DNA of 64,000 bases from Gemmatimonadetes bacterium 13_2_20CM_2_65_7 (GTDB taxonomy: Bacteria; Gemmatimonadota; Gemmatimonadetes; Gemmatimonadales; GWC2-71-9), in assembly GCA_001915025.1 (NCBI GenBank), contig MNDR01000039.1:1132-65131 (forward strand), written 5' to 3'. Each line of letters starts with the position of its first letter. Within the stretch, counting starts at the first letter, position 1. Shown here piece by piece: positions 35,020 to 42,784 of this stretch. Position numbers and translations under genes: made by a program. Under the pieces are notes generated by a model, which did no database searches, was not told the DNA's origin, and saw nothing but the letters and a program-made list of their open reading frames with translations.

Positions 35020-35897
35020 AGCGTCTCCTTCAGCCACGCGACCACGTTCGGCCAGCAGGACTGGCGCGCGCGGTCGGATAGCACCAGGCCACGATGCGTC
35101 AATCCCGGCTCGACCGCGAGCAGCTTGCGACGCGATCCGACGCGGTCGACGACCTGCCGGCACGCCGCTGGCGGCGCGAAGATCCGATCGGCGGTCCCCG
35201 CCACGCCAAGGTACGGGACGCTCACTGCCGCCAGGCCGCCAAAGTAGTCGAATCCATCCATCCCGAGCCACGCGCCGCGCACGTTCCACTCCATCCATTC
35301 GGCGATGATTTCCGCCGCCTCGTCTTCGTTGCCGAAGCGCAGCGCCCGCGCCGGGAAGCGACCCAACGCGCGCGACAGCGCAATCGTGGAGGCGGCGAGC
35401 GTCCTCCGTACGGGTCCGAGCCGGCGCGGGCCCGGCGTCCCGAGCGTGACGACCGCGGCAAGCGGAGCCGCCGCCGCAACGCGCGCCAGCCAGCACAGAC
35501 CCGCGGCGCCGCCTGCCGAGTGTCCGATCCACGCGAGTGGCGCGCCGTCGGTCTCTTCGCGCACGCGAGCAACCAATGTGGGCGTATCGTTCAGGACCCA
35601 ATCCTCGAACGTCCAGGCACCGCGTCGCGGTTCGCGCGCGCTTTCGCCATGATGTCGGAGATCGGCGAGCCAGACGTCCAGGCCCGCGGCGCCGAGGAAA
35701 TGGGCCATCCCCCCCATCCCCCCCATCCCCCCCATCCCCCCCATCCCTCCCGTGCCGTCTTCGGAGTGCAGCCAGAAGCGATGATTCGTGAAGGCGCCGT
35801 GGACCAGCAACACGGCGGGGCGGCCGTCTCGATAGGCGCGCATGCGATGCAGCGCCAGTTCCACGCCGTCGGGCGTGGAGATGAGGCGCGCCGTCAT
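35016..35897 (-). CDS. Alpha/beta hydrolase with in-frame (GMG)n insertion
   Basis: 293 aa with the HGAFTNHRFW oxyanion region and nucleophile elbow GHSAGG. The sequence GTGGMGGMGGMGGMGGMAH is encoded by the 9-bp repeat at 35707-35751. Confidence 0.8.
   Translation of the reverse strand: MTARLISTPDGVELALHRMRAYRDGRPAVLLVHGAFTNHRFWLHSEDGTGGMGGMGGMGGMGGMAHFLGAAGLDVWLADLRHHGESAREPRRGAWTFEDWVLNDTPTLVARVREETDGAPLAWIGHSAGGAAGLCWLARVAAAAPLAAVVTLGTPGPRRLGPVRRTLAASTIALSRALGRFPARALRFGNEDEAAEIIAEWMEWNVRGAWLGMDGFDYFGGLAAVSVPYLGVAGTADRIFAPPAACRQVVDRVGSRRKLLAVEPGLTHRGLVLSDRARQSCWPNVVAWLKETL
35707..35751. repeat. 9-bp tandem repeat (atccccccc x4 + atccctccc), in frame
   Basis: The 'a' residues fall at 35707, 35716, 35725, 35734 and 35743. 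On the coding (minus) strand this reads (atg ggg ggg)n, giving M-G-G repeats. Confidence 0.9.
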
Positions 35898-37162
35898 TCG
35901 TAGCGTCCCGCCGCGCGATAGGAGTCATCGAGCAGCTCGACCGGGTGACGCACGCGCGCCGGAACCCTGGCGGCCGCCAACCCAGCGCCGATTTGCATCA
36001 CGCAGCCGGGATTGCCGGTCGCGACGACCTGCGGCGCCGCGACTCGCAGCCGCTCGATCTTTGCCGCCAACACCGCGCGCGACATCTCCGGTTCGAGCAG
36101 TGTGAACAGCCCCGCGCTCCCGCAACACTCGGCGGCGCCGGGCACGTGCACGAGCTCGAGCAGCGGGATCGCCGCGAAGAGCTTCAGCGGCGGAACGGCG
36201 ACGCCTTGCGCGTGCAGGAGATGACACGGTGGATCGTACGCGACGTGCAGGTCGAGCGGGGCTCCCGGCACCGGTCCCTTGATCGCATCGCCGGCGAGGA
36301 GCTCGGTCACGTCGCGAACGCGCGCAGCGAGACGCTCGCATCGCTCGTCACCGAGGAGACGCCCGTACTCTTTCATCATGGCCCCACATCCGGCGCTGTT
36401 CACGACGATGGGTTCCTCGCCATCGCCGAATGCATCGACATTCTTGCGCGCCAGCTCGCGTGCCTCGTCGATCAATCCCGCGTGTGCATGCAGCGCACCA
36501 CAGCACCCCTGGCCCGAGACTTCGCGGACGTCGTAGCCGTTGATACCTAAGGTGCGCACGGTGGCATCGTGGACGTGGGAGAAGAGACCGTCTTGGACGC
36601 AGCCCCGGAATAACTGGACGGTAAGGGACGGTAAGGGACGGTAAGGGACGGTAGGAGTTATGCGCCTACCCTCACCGTCTCTTACCGTCCCATACCGTCT
36701 CTTACCGTCAGGTTTTGTCGCCGCCAGCATCCCCATGGCAAATCGGAATCTTCCCCAGCCAGCGAACAGTCGCGGGAGTCCGGTCGCTCTCAGCACGCGA
36801 GCGAACCAGTACACGACCGCACTCACTCCCGGCGTCGTCAGCGCCCAGAGCGCCATTCTCGCAAGGCGCGGAACGCCGCGAGCGGTGGTGAGTCGTGCGC
36901 GAGCCGCCTCGAGGCCATGGCCATACTGCACACCCGAAGGGCAGACGGGCTCGCAGCCGCGGCAGCCGAGACAGCGATCGAGGTGGTAGGCGAGCGCGGC
37001 ATCGTCGGCGGTCAGGTCGCCGCGCTCGAGGGCCCGCATCAGCTCGATGCGGCCGCGTGGTGAATCGGATTCATCTCCGGTGGCGAGGAACGTCGGGCAA
37101 GCTTGAAGACAGAAACCGCAATGCACGCATGCGTCCAGCCCTTCGAAGCCTCCTCGCGTCAT
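35894..37162 (-). CDS. glcF: Glycolate oxidase iron-sulfur subunit
   Basis: Start at MTRGGFEGLDACVHCGFCLQACPTF (ATG 37162, ATGA overlap). There is a second cluster motif CLGCRGCEPVCPSGV and two CCG-type domains (FRGCVQD..., PPCHLLHAQG...CCGSAG). Confidence 0.85.
   Translation of the reverse strand: MTRGGFEGLDACVHCGFCLQACPTFLATGDESDSPRGRIELMRALERGDLTADDAALAYHLDRCLGCRGCEPVCPSGVQYGHGLEAARARLTTARGVPRLARMALWALTTPGVSAVVYWFARVLRATGLPRLFAGWGRFRFAMGMLAATKPDGKRRYGTVRDGEGRRITPTVPYRPLPSLTVQLFRGCVQDGLFSHVHDATVRTLGINGYDVREVSGQGCCGALHAHAGLIDEARELARKNVDAFGDGEEPIVVNSAGCGAMMKEYGRLLGDERCERLAARVRDVTELLAGDAIKGPVPGAPLDLHVAYDPPCHLLHAQGVAVPPLKLFAAIPLLELVHVPGAAECCGSAGLFTLLEPEMSRAVLAAKIERLRVAAPQVVATGNPGCVMQIGAGLAAARVPARVRHPVELLDDSYRAAGRYE
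36614..36712. repeat. 99-bp imperfect palindrome inside glcF, arms of four GACGGTAAGG units
   Basis: The left arm 36614-36655 reads ctg(gacggtaagg)x3 gacggtagg. The right arm 36665-36712 is its reverse complement at about 85-90% unit identity, with a 9-nt loop agttatgcg. TTTT follows on the + strand. It encodes ...KPDGKRRYGTVRDGEGRRITPTVPYRPLPSLTVQ... in frame. Confidence 0.9.
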
Positions 37163-38367
37163 GAGCCTTCTGTGGCAACCACGAGCGCGCTGCCGGGATC
37201 GAACGTGCGGCGCAGTCCGGCTACGAGCGGGCCCACGCCTTCGCGATACGCGCCAAAGTGGCCGACGGCGCCGCGCAGCGGCCACGGCGCGCGCTCGAGC
37301 GTGAGCGGCACCTCGAGTCCCGCGAGCGTGCGGCGCAACCGCTGCAGCCGATCGATGGTGGCGTCGCCCGTCCACCGGATCGCGCCCGCCGCCGGCGACG
37401 CGGAGATCCATTCGTCGCCAAGCTGGTGTTGGAGCAGGTCGAGCAGCTCGTCGCTCGCCGACGGCACGCCGCCGATGCGGAACGTGACCGGCCGGACCGC
37501 AAATCCCTCGGCGAGACGCATCCAGAATGCGTGTGCCTCTTCAGCGCGCAGCGGCATGAACCGAGCGCCGCCACTCGCCGCTCTCAGCCCGGCCTCGTCG
37601 GCGGCAACCAGGGCCGGTGACCCGGCGAGTCGCACGCCGAGCACCCAGCGCTCGCGGCGGGCGAGCGCGGGTGAGACGAGCTCGAGGGCGGCCGGCGTGA
37701 GTCCGGCGGCCGCGATGTCTTCGCCAACCTGCGTGAGATCCTCGCGCGCACCCTCGAGCAGATAGGTGACGTCGGCGCGCGGCAGCGTGCGCAGTCGCAG
37801 GTGCACGAGGACGATGACGCCGAACGCGCCGAACCCGCCGGCCTGCAATCGTGTGAGATCGTAGCCCGCGACATTCTTCATCACTCGGCCGCCGCTCTGT
37901 ACCATGCGGCCATCGCCGGTCACGAACGTCACGCCCAGGAGATGATCTTTGATCGGACCGAAGCCATGTCGCAGCGGGCCGGCAGTCGCGGTGGCGACGA
38001 TGGAGCCAAGTGTGCGGCCCGCGAGGCCCGGCGGATCAATGCTCAGCCAGGCGCCGCGATCGGCGAGCTGTTGGCGCAGCTGGTCCAATCCGATTCCCGC
38101 TTCCGCCGTGGCGGTCAGATCCGCCGGTTCGACAGCGGGAATGCGGTCGAGCCGACGGGTGGTGAGTGCGAGGTCGGCGGGCGCGTCGCTCTGCAGCCAC
38201 GTGCCCGCCCCTTCGATGCGCACCCGCCAGCCTTCCTGATGGGCCGTGCCGAGCAGGAGTGCGACGGCGTCCGGAGATCCGGGAGCGATGCGGGGGACGC
38301 GGTCGGTGCTGGGCTCGAGGACGGCGCCTTCGCCCAACAAGGCGGTGACTTTCTCGAGGATGGTCAT
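37159..38367 (-). CDS. glcE: Glycolate oxidase FAD-binding subunit
   Basis: 402 aa with a PCMH-type FAD-binding domain, placed between glcD and glcF. ATGA overlaps occur at both ends. Confidence 0.75.
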   Translation of the reverse strand: MTILEKVTALLGEGAVLEPSTDRVPRIAPGSPDAVALLLGTAHQEGWRVRIEGAGTWLQSDAPADLALTTRRLDRIPAVEPADLTATAEAGIGLDQLRQQLADRGAWLSIDPPGLAGRTLGSIVATATAGPLRHGFGPIKDHLLGVTFVTGDGRMVQSGGRVMKNVAGYDLTRLQAGGFGAFGVIVLVHLRLRTLPRADVTYLLEGAREDLTQVGEDIAAAGLTPAALELVSPALARRERWVLGVRLAGSPALVAADEAGLRAASGGARFMPLRAEEAHAFWMRLAEGFAVRPVTFRIGGVPSASDELLDLLQHQLGDEWISASPAAGAIRWTGDATIDRLQRLRRTLAGLEVPLTLERAPWPLRGAVGHFGAYREGVGPLVAGLRRTFDPGSALVVATEGS

Positions 38368-39866
38368 GGAACAGGCTCTAATGTGGAATGCGAAATGGGA
38401 AATGCGGAATTGAACTGTCGATCGTCATTTCGCATTCCGAATTTCGCACTTCGAATTGATGTCCACTCCCGGCACGCGTGCACCGGTACCACCTTGCCGG
38501 GGTTCACCCGTTCTTTCGGATCGAACACCCGCCGCACCGCCTGCATTGCACCCAGAGACTCCGGATCGAAGATGAGCGGCATGTAGCGCAGCTTGTCGAT
38601 GCCCACGCCATGCTCGCCCGTGATCGTACCACCGGCGGCGATGCATGTCGACATGATCTCCGCGCTCGCGGCTTCGACGCGTTGTTTGAGCGCCGGATCG
38701 GTGGCATCGAACGAAATATTGGGATGCAGATTGCCGTCACCCGCGTGAAAGACGTTGCTGACGACGAGGTCATACCGTTTCGCGATTGTGCAAATCGTTT
38801 CGAGAACCTGCGGGAGCGCGGAGCGCGGCACCACGGCGTCCTGCACGACCAGGTCGCGCGACAGTCGTCCCATGGCGCCGAACGCCTTCTTGCGTCCCTG
38901 CCACAGTCGCTCGCGCTCCGCTTCGCTCGCGGCAATGCGCACCGAGCGCGCGCCCGATTTCCGCAGCAGCTCGGCAACCGCCTCGGTCTCCGCGATGACG
39001 CCGGCCTCGTTGCGGCCGTCCAGCTCCACGAGCAGGACGGCGGCGGCATCGCGCGGATACCCCGCCGCATACACAGAATCCTCGACGGCGGCGATGCAGG
39101 ATTGATCCATCATCTCGAGGGCCGCCGGCACGATGCCGGCGGCGATGATCGCGGAGACTGCTTCACCTGCCGTCCGCAGTCCATTGAAGTCCGCGAGCAT
39201 CGTTCGCACCGCGCGTGGCAGCGGCGTCAGACGCACGGTGATTTTCGTGGCGATGCCGAAGTTTCCCTCGGAACCCACGAACAGCCCGACGAGATCGGGA
39301 CCCCACGGCTCGCCGCCGGGGCTCCCGCTTTCCACCATCGTGCCGTCGGCGAGCAATAGCTCGAGCGCGAGCACGTGATTCGCGGTGACGCCGTACTTGA
39401 GACAGTGTGGCCCGCCGGCGTTCTCGGCCACGTTCCCGCCGATCGTGCAGGCGCTCTGGCTCGAGGGATCGGGCGCGTACTGCAATCCGTGTGGCTGTGC
39501 CGCTGCGCTCAGCTTCGCGTTCACGACGCCGGGCTCCACGATCGCTGCACGGTTGCCAGCATCCATCTTGAGAATCCGATTCAACCGTGTCAGCACGATC
39601 AGAACGGAGCCTTCATCTGCTAGCGCGCCGCCCGAGAGACCAGTCCCCGCGCCGCGCGGCACGAACGGAACGTCGTGCGCAGCGAGCAGACGCACGACCG
39701 CGATCAATTCTTCGCGAGTACCCGGAAGAACTACGAGATCGGGAAGGCGGCGATGAGTGGGAAGCCCGTCCATCGAGTATGTGACGCGCTCCGCGCGAGC
39801 TTCGCGAACGTGCCGAGCTCCAACAATAGAAGCGAGGTCCGGAGCCAGGTGAGAAAGCGAGGACAT
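38364..39866 (-). CDS. glcD: Glycolate oxidase subunit GlcD (FAD-linked oxidase)
   Basis: Carries FAD-linked oxidase motifs (VPFVPRGAGTGLSGGAL ... HAGDGNLHPNI ... GTITGEHGVGIDK). ATG 39866 (MSSLSHLAPDL) is preferred because the tracked TTG 39923 would overlap the upstream terminator hairpin. Confidence 0.85.
   Translation of the reverse strand: MSSLSHLAPDLASIVGARHVREARAERVTYSMDGLPTHRRLPDLVVLPGTREELIAVVRLLAAHDVPFVPRGAGTGLSGGALADEGSVLIVLTRLNRILKMDAGNRAAIVEPGVVNAKLSAAAQPHGLQYAPDPSSQSACTIGGNVAENAGGPHCLKYGVTANHVLALELLLADGTMVESGSPGGEPWGPDLVGLFVGSEGNFGIATKITVRLTPLPRAVRTMLADFNGLRTAGEAVSAIIAAGIVPAALEMMDQSCIAAVEDSVYAAGYPRDAAAVLLVELDGRNEAGVIAETEAVAELLRKSGARSVRIAASEAERERLWQGRKKAFGAMGRLSRDLVVQDAVVPRSALPQVLETICTIAKRYDLVVSNVFHAGDGNLHPNISFDATDPALKQRVEAASAEIMSTCIAAGGTITGEHGVGIDKLRYMPLIFDPESLGAMQAVRRVFDPKERVNPGKVVPVHACREWTSIRSAKFGMRNDDRQFNSAFPISHSTLEPVP
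38385..38458. repeat. 74-bp imperfect palindrome in the 3' tail of glcD, arms of four GGAATGC-like 7-mers
   Basis: The left arm is ggaatgc gaaatgg gaaatgc ggaattg (38385-38412). The right arm is catttcg cattccg aatttcg cacttcg aattg (38426-38458). In one register 38385-38397 pairs perfectly (13 bp) with 38426-38438. In another register a 24-nt imperfect stem forms. It encodes ...EWTSIRSAKFGMRNDDRQFNSAFPISH... before the ATGA junction with glcE. Confidence 0.85.
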
Positions 39867-39902
39867 GCTATATACTAGATGTACAGGCACACCGCGGTAA
39901 AC

Positions 39903-39942
39903 AGTCAAAAGGGGCCGGGACAATCCTGCATGTCCCGACCCC
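39903..39942 (-). terminator. Rho-independent terminator of the sigma factor gene
   Basis: The minus-strand RNA is GGGGUCGGGACA-UGCAGGAU-UGUCCCGGCCCC followed by UUUUGACU, an 11/12-bp stem. Confidence 0.8.
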
Positions 39943-39969
39943 TCAAGCCCTGTCTAGCCTTTGCCTGTC

Positions 39970-40863
39970 CTAGGCCGCTCGCCAGAATCCCTTTAGGGCC
40001 TTCCCGTCAGGCGATTCGCGGAGCTTCTCGAAAGCGCGCTCGCGAATCTGTCTGATGCGCTCACGAGTGACGCCCATCAGTGCGCCGATCTTTTCGAGCG
40101 TCATCGCCTCGCTGCCTTCTTCGAGTCCGTAGTAGAGATAGAGAATCTTGCGCTCGCGTGGCGTGAGGTACTTCTGGAAAATCCGGTCGATGAATTCGCG
40201 CATCAACTTGCCGTCGGTGCGCTCTTCGATCTCGCCGCCTTCCTGTCCCGCGAAGCGCTCGCCGAGCGTCGCCGCGTCCTTGTCGGTGCGATCGACGGGC
40301 GCGTCGAGCGACAACTCCGCGGCCGTCATGCGGCGCGCGGTGCGGACATTCTCGACGCTGTCTTCGAGTGCCTGGGCGATTTCGTTGTCGGTGGGTTCCC
40401 GGCCGAGCTCCTGTGAGAGATACGTCTCCGTTCGGCTCATGCGAATGAGCTGGGAATTCTGATTCAGCGGAATGCGAACGCTGCGCGTCTGCTCCGCCAA
40501 CGCTTTCAGAACCGCTTGCCGCACCCACCACACGGCGTACGAAATGAATTTGACGCCTTGATCGGGATCGAACTTCTTGACGGCCTTGAGGAGTCCTTCG
40601 TTGCCGATGGCGACCAACTCGGAGAGATCGAGTCCGTGGCCTTGGTATTTCTTTACGTACGAGATGACGAAACGAAGGTTGGCCGTTACCAAACGCTCGG
40701 CGGCTTTTTCATCGCCGCGTTGCACGCGGCGAGCGAGACGCCGTTCTTCCGCAGGGTCTTTGATGAGGGGGAGTTTTTGTATGTCTTGCAGGTACTGGTC
40801 GAATGCTCCGGAGGGGGTGGTGCGGAAAAACGCTTTCGCCTTGCCGCCATTCGACCGAGCCAT
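39970..40863 (-). CDS. Sigma-70 family RNA polymerase sigma factor, short primary-like (regions 1.2-4 present)
   Basis: Carries FDQYLQDIQKLPLI (region 1.2) and LVTANLRFVISYVKKYQGHGLDLSELVAIGNEGLLKAVKKFD (region 2). ISYAVWWVRQAV and a region 4 HTH (MTLEKIGALMGVTRERIRQIRERA) are also present. ATG 40863 (GGGAGAA 6-7 nt upstream) is preferred over ATG 40917. Confidence 0.85.
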   Translation of the reverse strand: MARSNGGKAKAFFRTTPSGAFDQYLQDIQKLPLIKDPAEERRLARRVQRGDEKAAERLVTANLRFVISYVKKYQGHGLDLSELVAIGNEGLLKAVKKFDPDQGVKFISYAVWWVRQAVLKALAEQTRSVRIPLNQNSQLIRMSRTETYLSQELGREPTDNEIAQALEDSVENVRTARRMTAAELSLDAPVDRTDKDAATLGERFAGQEGGEIEERTDGKLMREFIDRIFQKYLTPRERKILYLYYGLEEGSEAMTLEKIGALMGVTRERIRQIRERAFEKLRESPDGKALKGFWRAA

Positions 40864-40968
40864 GCGGGTTCTCCCAGACTGCCGTGTTGTGATCGGAACG
40901 GACGGCGCTGCCGCCATTTAGGCCAACGGGAACCGCGGCAATATAGGTTTTCCTGCCAATAGGTGCAA

Positions 40969-41139
40969 ATCTCCACGGTTATCCACATCACAAATTAATG
41001 GATATGTGAGCATTCCGTGGTTTGTCCACTATCCACATGCGCTGTGGAAACAGCTTTCCCACCCAGTGATTCCCCTCGGAACGGAGTCAATCCGAAGGAT
41101 GAGAAAAAGCTGTGGAGAGGTGGACAGGAATGTGGGCTA
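40969..41139. other. Cluster of DnaA-box-like 9-mers in a lower-GC intergenic region
   Basis: TTATCCACA is perfect at 40979-40987 and CTATCCACA (1 mismatch) lies at 41029-41037. Three boxes have 2 mismatches: TTGTCCACT at 41022-41030, and on the opposite strand GTTTCCACA (41044-41052) and CTCTCCACA (41111-41119). Three further 3-mismatch copies are present. An AT-rich stretch tcacaaattaatggatatgtgag lies in between. Confidence 0.5.
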
Positions 41140-42243
41140 TGTGTTGACCAGAATCTGACGCATCAAATCCTCGTCAACGGCTACAGTCCAGCCGTCCTGG
41201 TCGTTGCCGTAGGGCGTACCAATGGCGCGCGGGATCGCAACCCGAAGCTCCCCCGCGCGCACCTTCTTGTCCGATCGCATCGCCTCGATCAGATCGTCCA
41301 CCCGACTCGCATCCGGCCGCTCGATGGGCAAGTTGAGCCGCTCCAGGACCGCGGCGATACGCGACGCCGTACCGGCCGCTGCGATCCCGAGCGACTCGGC
41401 GAGCCGCGCTTCGTAGACCATCCCGATCGCGACCGCCTCACCGTGCAATGCCTCGTACTTCGACGTCGCTTCAATGGCGTGGCCGACGGTATGACCGAAA
41501 TTCAAGATCGCGCGCCGGCCGGCCTCGCGCTCGTCGAGCGCGACAATCGCCGCCTTGATCTCGACCGACCCGCGCACCAGCCGTTCCAGGGCGGGCGCGT
41601 GCTTTCCGAAGATTTCCGCGTATTGCCGTTCCAGAAAGCCGAAGTATTCCGCGTCGGCGATCGCGCCGTGCTTTACCGCCTCGGCGAGACCGGCGGACAG
41701 CTGCACGCTCGACAACGATCCCAGCGCATCGAGATCGGCGATGACGAGGCACGGTTGGTGAAATGCGCCCAACAGATTCTTCCCCGCCGCTACGTCGACG
41801 CCGGTCTTCCCACCGATCGATGAATCGATCATCGCGAGCAGCGATGTCGGCGCTTGGACCAGTGGCACGCCCCGCAGGTATGTCGCTGCCACGAAGCCAC
41901 CGACGTCGCTCACGACCCCGCCGCCCAACGCGATGACCGCGCAATCGCGGCCGAGCTGCGCGGCGAGCATGCGATCGCTCAACGATGCCCAGGTGTCGCG
42001 TGTCTTGTTCCATTCCCCTGCGGGAAACGTCAAAAGTCTCACCGTGACGCCGGCCTGCTCGAGCTGTGCCGCCAGAGGCTCCCCGTACAACTTTCCGACG
42101 TGCGAATCGGAGATCAGCGCATACGCCGCCGCTGGACAGTGGCGCTTCAGGAGCTCGTCCAGCTGCTGGAAGAGTCCGGGGGCGATGAGGATGTCGTAAG
42201 AAGCGTCCCGCTGTTCCTGGAGCGAGACGCGAATCGTCACCAC
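41137..42243 (-). CDS. aroB: 3-dehydroquinate synthase
   Basis: 368 aa with motifs GGGVVSDVGGFVAATYLRGVPLVQAPTSLLAMIDSSIGGKTGV and FGHTVGHAIE. Confidence 0.9.
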   Translation of the reverse strand: MVTIRVSLQEQRDASYDILIAPGLFQQLDELLKRHCPAAAYALISDSHVGKLYGEPLAAQLEQAGVTVRLLTFPAGEWNKTRDTWASLSDRMLAAQLGRDCAVIALGGGVVSDVGGFVAATYLRGVPLVQAPTSLLAMIDSSIGGKTGVDVAAGKNLLGAFHQPCLVIADLDALGSLSSVQLSAGLAEAVKHGAIADAEYFGFLERQYAEIFGKHAPALERLVRGSVEIKAAIVALDEREAGRRAILNFGHTVGHAIEATSKYEALHGEAVAIGMVYEARLAESLGIAAAGTASRIAAVLERLNLPIERPDASRVDDLIEAMRSDKKVRAGELRVAIPRAIGTPYGNDQDGWTVAVDEDLMRQILVNT

Positions 42244-42767
42244 GTGACGTCGGCGTGCCCCGTCTGCGCGTTGACGGCGCGCGCCAGCACGAACAGCAGA
42301 TCGGAAAGCCGGTTCAGATAGTGGATGACGGTCTGGTTGGTCGGCTGCTCGCGGTTCAAGCTCACCACCGCCCGCTCGGCCCGCCTACAGACCGTGCGCG
42401 CGACGTGCAACGCTGCCGCCTTGGGCGAACCGCCCGGGAGAATGAAGTTCTTCAGTGGCGTGAGGCCGGCCTCGTAACGGTCGATGACCTTCTCGAGCGC
42501 GTCGACGTCCGCGGCGTCAAGCACTTCGCGCAGTTTACCAGGATCTTTACTCGCGAGTTCGGCGCCCATCGTGAAGAGGTCTCGCTGGATCGCCTGCAGC
42601 AGGCTGGACTCGAAAGGAACGGGCTCCAGCGTCGCGGCAAATCCGAGCGCCGCGTTGAGCTCGTCGACTTCGCCATACGCGCGCACACGCAGATGGTCTT
42701 TGGGGACGCGGCCGCCGCCGAAGAGTCCCGTCTCACCAGAGTCGCCAGTCTTCGTGTAGATCTTCAC
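42237..42767 (-). CDS. PduO-type ATP:cob(I)alamin adenosyltransferase
   Basis: GTG 42767 begins VKIYTKTGDSGETGLFGG..., the N-terminal signature of PduO-type adenosyltransferases. 176 aa. The upstream part of tracked ORF 42237..43007 is read-through. Confidence 0.85.
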   Translation of the reverse strand: MKIYTKTGDSGETGLFGGGRVPKDHLRVRAYGEVDELNAALGFAATLEPVPFESSLLQAIQRDLFTMGAELASKDPGKLREVLDAADVDALEKVIDRYEAGLTPLKNFILPGGSPKAAALHVARTVCRRAERAVVSLNREQPTNQTVIHYLNRLSDLLFVLARAVNAQTGHADVTW

Positions 42768-42784
42768 GAGTCGGGAACGTACCG

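Noticed and set aside
35020-35928. Long N-terminal extensions of tracked ORFs 34348..35928, 33278..34594, 35894..37411, 42237..43007 and 42785..44296
   Set aside because: In each case the recognisable domain begins at an internal ATG/GTG/TTG that forms a 1-4-nt overlap with the upstream gene's stop. The extension is an out-of-frame read through the upstream gene.
36614-36655. Tandem decamers and heptamers as miniature CRISPR arrays
   Set aside because: The units are 7-10 nt with no spacers, the arrays are followed by their own reverse complement, and no cas genes are present.
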